Origin: an uncultured Desulfospira sp.
Lineage (GTDB): Bacteria > Desulfobacterota > Desulfobacteria > Desulfobacterales > Desulfobacteraceae
Assembly (NCBI GenBank): GCA_963663165.1
Contig: OY760175.1
Span: 2,528,001 to 2,592,000, forward strand
Length of the DNA stretch: 64,000 bases
Direction of reading: 5' to 3'
Below, piece after piece: positions 61,200 through 64,000 of this stretch. Position numbers and translations under genes: made by a program. Each line of letters starts with the position of its first letter. The first letter of the stretch is position 1. The notes under the pieces are model-generated. The model saw only the letters and a list, made by a program, of their open reading frames with translations, was not told the origin of the DNA and ran no database searches.

Positions 61200-61239
61200 G
61201 CAGTAAATGAAAACGGTCATCAATCGTCAGATCATTCAT
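61200..61239 (-). pseudogene. N-terminal stub of the outer transposase
   Basis: ATG at 61239 reads MNDLTIDDRFHLL and overlaps the stop of the upstream gene. Confidence 0.75.
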
Positions 61240-61789
61240 TATCTGCTCCCTTTGATACAATCTTTTCGTATATGACCCGGTGCCATAACAATGCGGCCTG
61301 ACGGGAGGTTTTCTGCCAATGATCATGCTGGGCCACACGGACCTGTTCAAGCATTGCCTCTACAGCAGCCATGTATTCATTGGCAATTCGATCTGTCAGA
61401 TCCGGGTTGCTTACCGGAACCGTTTTCCGGGCCTCAATAAATCTTTTGATATTTCGTGCGGTCAGTTCCATGCCGCTGTTTATGATTTCCCTCCAGATAC
61501 TGCGTTGTTCTATGGAGTCCATTTGAGTAAGGGGACGGACCTGGGATTCGTTGGCAGGCAGCCTGTCGCCAATTGGCGACAAATTGTAGATCACTTCATA
61601 GGCTCTGATCAGGCGGTAGGCATAAGCCTTGCCCATATCCCACCGCTGCCTGGTATATGTTTCAAACGACTCAAACAAAGCCTGTTTGTATAAACGGTTA
61701 TCACGAATTTCTTTCAAGGCCTGGCCGATTTTATAAAAACATTCCTGGTTGCGACCAATCAGGGTTTCAAGCTCAAGCAACCGTTCCAT
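61232..61789 (-). CDS. Hypothetical DNA-binding protein of the outer transposon
   Basis: IGQALKEIRDNRLYK..FETY..RW..AYRLI..PANESQVRPL pattern seen in phage/plasmid proteins. Confidence 0.7.
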   Translation of the reverse strand: MERLLELETLIGRNQECFYKIGQALKEIRDNRLYKQALFESFETYTRQRWDMGKAYAYRLIRAYEVIYNLSPIGDRLPANESQVRPLTQMDSIEQRSIWREIINSGMELTARNIKRFIEARKTVPVSNPDLTDRIANEYMAAVEAMLEQVRVAQHDHWQKTSRQAALLWHRVIYEKIVSKGADNE

Positions 61790-61791
61790 AT

Positions 61792-62148
61792 TTACTGCCC
61801 TGCCGGCATGGGTCTGCCGACCATAGCAGCAAGAGCCGTCAATTTTGCTGCCTGAACCTGGGGTGCAGTATTTATTTGTTTCAAAAACAAAACACTATCC
61901 CGGAAGCCATAACCCTTGATTTTCATGACAAGGTCGATGGTATTAAAATTCTTTTCGCATCTGAAGCACCGGGCCAGGTTCGTGGCTGGATTTACAGCGG
62001 TTTGAAATTCATTGCACAAAGGGCATAGAAAACGAAAATAGCCATCCCTGATCTTGGATGGAATCTGTAAATGATCCCTGATCAGCATATCAACAGGGAT
62101 ATTGTTTCTCAGTTCAAATAATTGCCTGGATGAAAATCTGTTCTTCAA
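61792..62148 (-). CDS. Stand-alone CHC2-like (DnaG-type) zinc-finger protein
   Basis: FLCPLC...NLARCFRC..NFNTIDLVM...F..SV.FL. Confidence 0.75.
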   Translation of the reverse strand: MKNRFSSRQLFELRNNIPVDMLIRDHLQIPSKIRDGYFRFLCPLCNEFQTAVNPATNLARCFRCEKNFNTIDLVMKIKGYGFRDSVLFLKQINTAPQVQAAKLTALAAMVGRPMPAGQ

Positions 62149-62404
62149 AAGACACCTCCTTGTTTTTTAAATTTCAGGTGCCTTTTTTATATCATCGGCC
62201 AGAGCCGTCTGTCAGTTGCCTCTTAAACTGGAATGGGGATTACTTTGTTGATATCTACCTGTATTATCAGCGGATTACGCACATGATGCCTCTTAGAATT
62301 AAACCTCGATTAGTCTGTCAATATACCTTTACATTACAGTTAGTTATCCCAACCATGTCTCTTGAAACCAATACTCGATTAGTCGTTTATGCCAAGGGGA
62401 TATT

Positions 62405-62782
62405 TTATGGAAACCCCCGGATTATTTCCCTGCTGTAACCGATAATTTGGGTAACCAGGTATTGGATGACAATTGCCGGCTTGATTCCATATTCCGTTAT
62501 AATGACTTCCATTGGCAAAACCGGCTCTTTGCATTTTTGATATGAAAGAACAGAAAGACTCCCGGATGTTTGTTGCTCCTCAGCTTCTTCAAGCTTTTTT
62601 GCCAGGTAGTTATTTTTACAGACAGCTTTGTTTTTCCTGTTCCACTCTTCACATTGCCTCCGGTGAAGCTCATTTTGGCAAGCCGGGCTACATGTTTTCT
62701 GCCGTCCTTTTTGTCTTACATCAGGAGTGAACCATTTACGGCAAATAGAGCAAGGACGTTTTCCTCGTGAATTTTTTGCCAT
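62405..62782 (-). CDS. Cys-rich hypothetical protein, first gene of the outer transposon
   Basis: CSICRKWF...QKTCSPAC; GGAG SD upstream. Confidence 0.65.
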   Translation of the reverse strand: MAKNSRGKRPCSICRKWFTPDVRQKGRQKTCSPACQNELHRRQCEEWNRKNKAVCKNNYLAKKLEEAEEQQTSGSLSVLSYQKCKEPVLPMEVIITEYGIKPAIVIQYLVTQIIGYSREIIRGFP

Positions 62783-63257
62783 TATTTCTTCTCCAAGATT
62801 TGAATCAGGGAGATTTTATGTACCAAATTTTGAAGGATGCAGCAGCGGGGTCTGTCGGCGGGATAGGCGGGGTATGATTTTTATTTTATTTGCTGGGTAT
62901 AGCGGCGGGATATCTGCCCGTTACATTATTTCGCTATGAAACTGCGGGGTAAGCGTTACACTTTTTGAATCTTACCACCCGCCACAATTCCATGGGGTGC
63001 CCCCTTTTCAGAATACATCCTTATCATTGAATTGATTTAAATTGCCATCACCCGCAGGCAAGTTACATGGGATTGCCCTGAAAAGCTCCGGAAGAAAAAA
63101 GCGGGTTTCCAAATATTCACCCATATGTTATAAGAAAGTCTCACTAACAAGCTGAAAAGACTTTCATTTTTCGTTGTGGGCGATTCTTGGTTGGATAATC
63201 CAAGCCGTCCGTGACGGTTATAGAAAAAAAATCGTAAACAATCAAAAGGTGAACGAG

Positions 63258-64000
63258 ATGAAAAATCAATGTTTAAAGGCAATTGTGGTTTTTTTATCCC
63301 TCCTTCTTTTGTTGCTGAACGCTGCTGATACCGCCCAGATAACCATCATTTACGTTGACGCCGAAGCCACAGGAACCGGTACCGGAAAAAGCTGGGAAAA
63401 TGCTTATCCTTATTTGACGGATGCTTTAAATGCGGCAGCATCAGGCAATACCATTTACGTTGCCGAAGGGGTTTATTACCCGGATCAGTCCGCAGCCATT
63501 CCGAACGGCACCGGTCTTAGGACCGCTTCATTTTCCCTTCTGAACAATGTTACCATTTATGGCGGGTTTGACCCGTCGGTGGGAGTTGACACCCTGGCGG
63601 AACGAAGCTGGAAAAATTATAAAACATATCTTAGCGGCAATATCGGAGACATAAAATCTGCCAGTGACAACAGCTACCATGTGGTAAAAAACTCAAAAGA
63701 TGTTACCAGCACCGCCATTCTGGACGGGTTCATCATCGCCGCAGGCAATGCCAACGGCAGCAGCCTTACAAGTTCAGGCGGCGGCATGACCAATGAAAAT
63801 GCATCTCCCATCATTCGCAATTGTGTTTTTTCCCAGAACCAGGCATCAGGCCAGGGTGCCGGGATGTACAATATCTACCAGAGCGAGCCGTATCTTTTCA
63901 ATTGCGAATTTAATGCCAACACTTCCGGCAGCGGCGGCGGCGGAATGTATAATGACGGATCTTCCCCTGAGCTGGAAGCATGCACGTTTACCGGCAACCA
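63258..64000 (+). CDS. Secreted parallel beta-helix repeat protein (runs off window edge)
   Basis: Manual translation MKNQCLKAIVVF..IYVDAEATGTGTGKSWENAY..YVAEGVYYP..GGGM.N repeats; no stop before the edge. Confidence 0.8.
   Translation, partial: MKNQCLKAIVVFLSLLLLLLNAADTAQITIIYVDAEATGTGTGKSWENAYPYLTDALNAAASGNTIYVAEGVYYPDQSAAIPNGTGLRTASFSLLNNVTIYGGFDPSVGVDTLAERSWKNYKTYLSGNIGDIKSASDNSYHVVKNSKDVTSTAILDGFIIAAGNANGSSLTSSGGGMTNENASPIIRNCVFSQNQASGQGAGMYNIYQSEPYLFNCEFNANTSGSGGGGMYNDGSSPELEACTFTGN

Larger units (their letters stand above)
54423..62977 (-). mobile_element. Outer transposon (8555 bp including the nested element)
   Basis: TIRs TGATGAGATTCAAATAGTGTAACG / TGGTAAGATTCAAAAAGTGTAACG; 6-bp TSD CCCGCC at 54417-54422 and 62978-62983; second IR pair AAATAATGTAACGGGC near 54536 and 62916. 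Confidence 0.88.

Noticed and set aside
54423..62977. Tn7/CAST or prophage
   Set aside because: No TniQ/TnsD, TnsA, Cas or virion genes recognised; the TSD is 6 bp, not 5 bp

Overview
Chromosomal window that looks like a sulfate-reducing deltaproteobacterium (Desulfobacteraceae-like; inferred from gene content). Core genes: a family-5 ABC importer, TetR plus an AcrAB-type RND pump, an OYE flavin oxidoreductase, a hybrid kinase, rdgB, a sucrose locus (fructokinase, SPS-SPP, sucrose phosphorylase), panP, PilZ/HDOD signalling genes and a DUF2868/DUF3482 pair. Mobile DNA is dense, and ends and target duplications can be read directly. (i) An AT-rich array of small co-oriented genes behind acrB contains decayed attC-like sites, a recurring 54-bp palindrome, a duplicated acrB 3' end and a 124-bp IS4-type MITE. 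(ii) Two unrelated IS elements each carry a DUF4338 (DruA/Mom-like) gene in front of the transposase. (iii) There is an IS701 element. (iv) An 8.55-kb TG..CA transposon (DDE transposase, AAA ATPase, CHC2 zinc finger) has its transposase split by a 4.2-kb transposon encoding a DDE transposase, an AAA ATPase and a RepB'-type primase. Many intergenic regions hold heptamer arrays, often inverted, with different motifs. No rRNA, tRNA or CRISPR array was seen. Family names come from motif recognition by eye, not from database searches.
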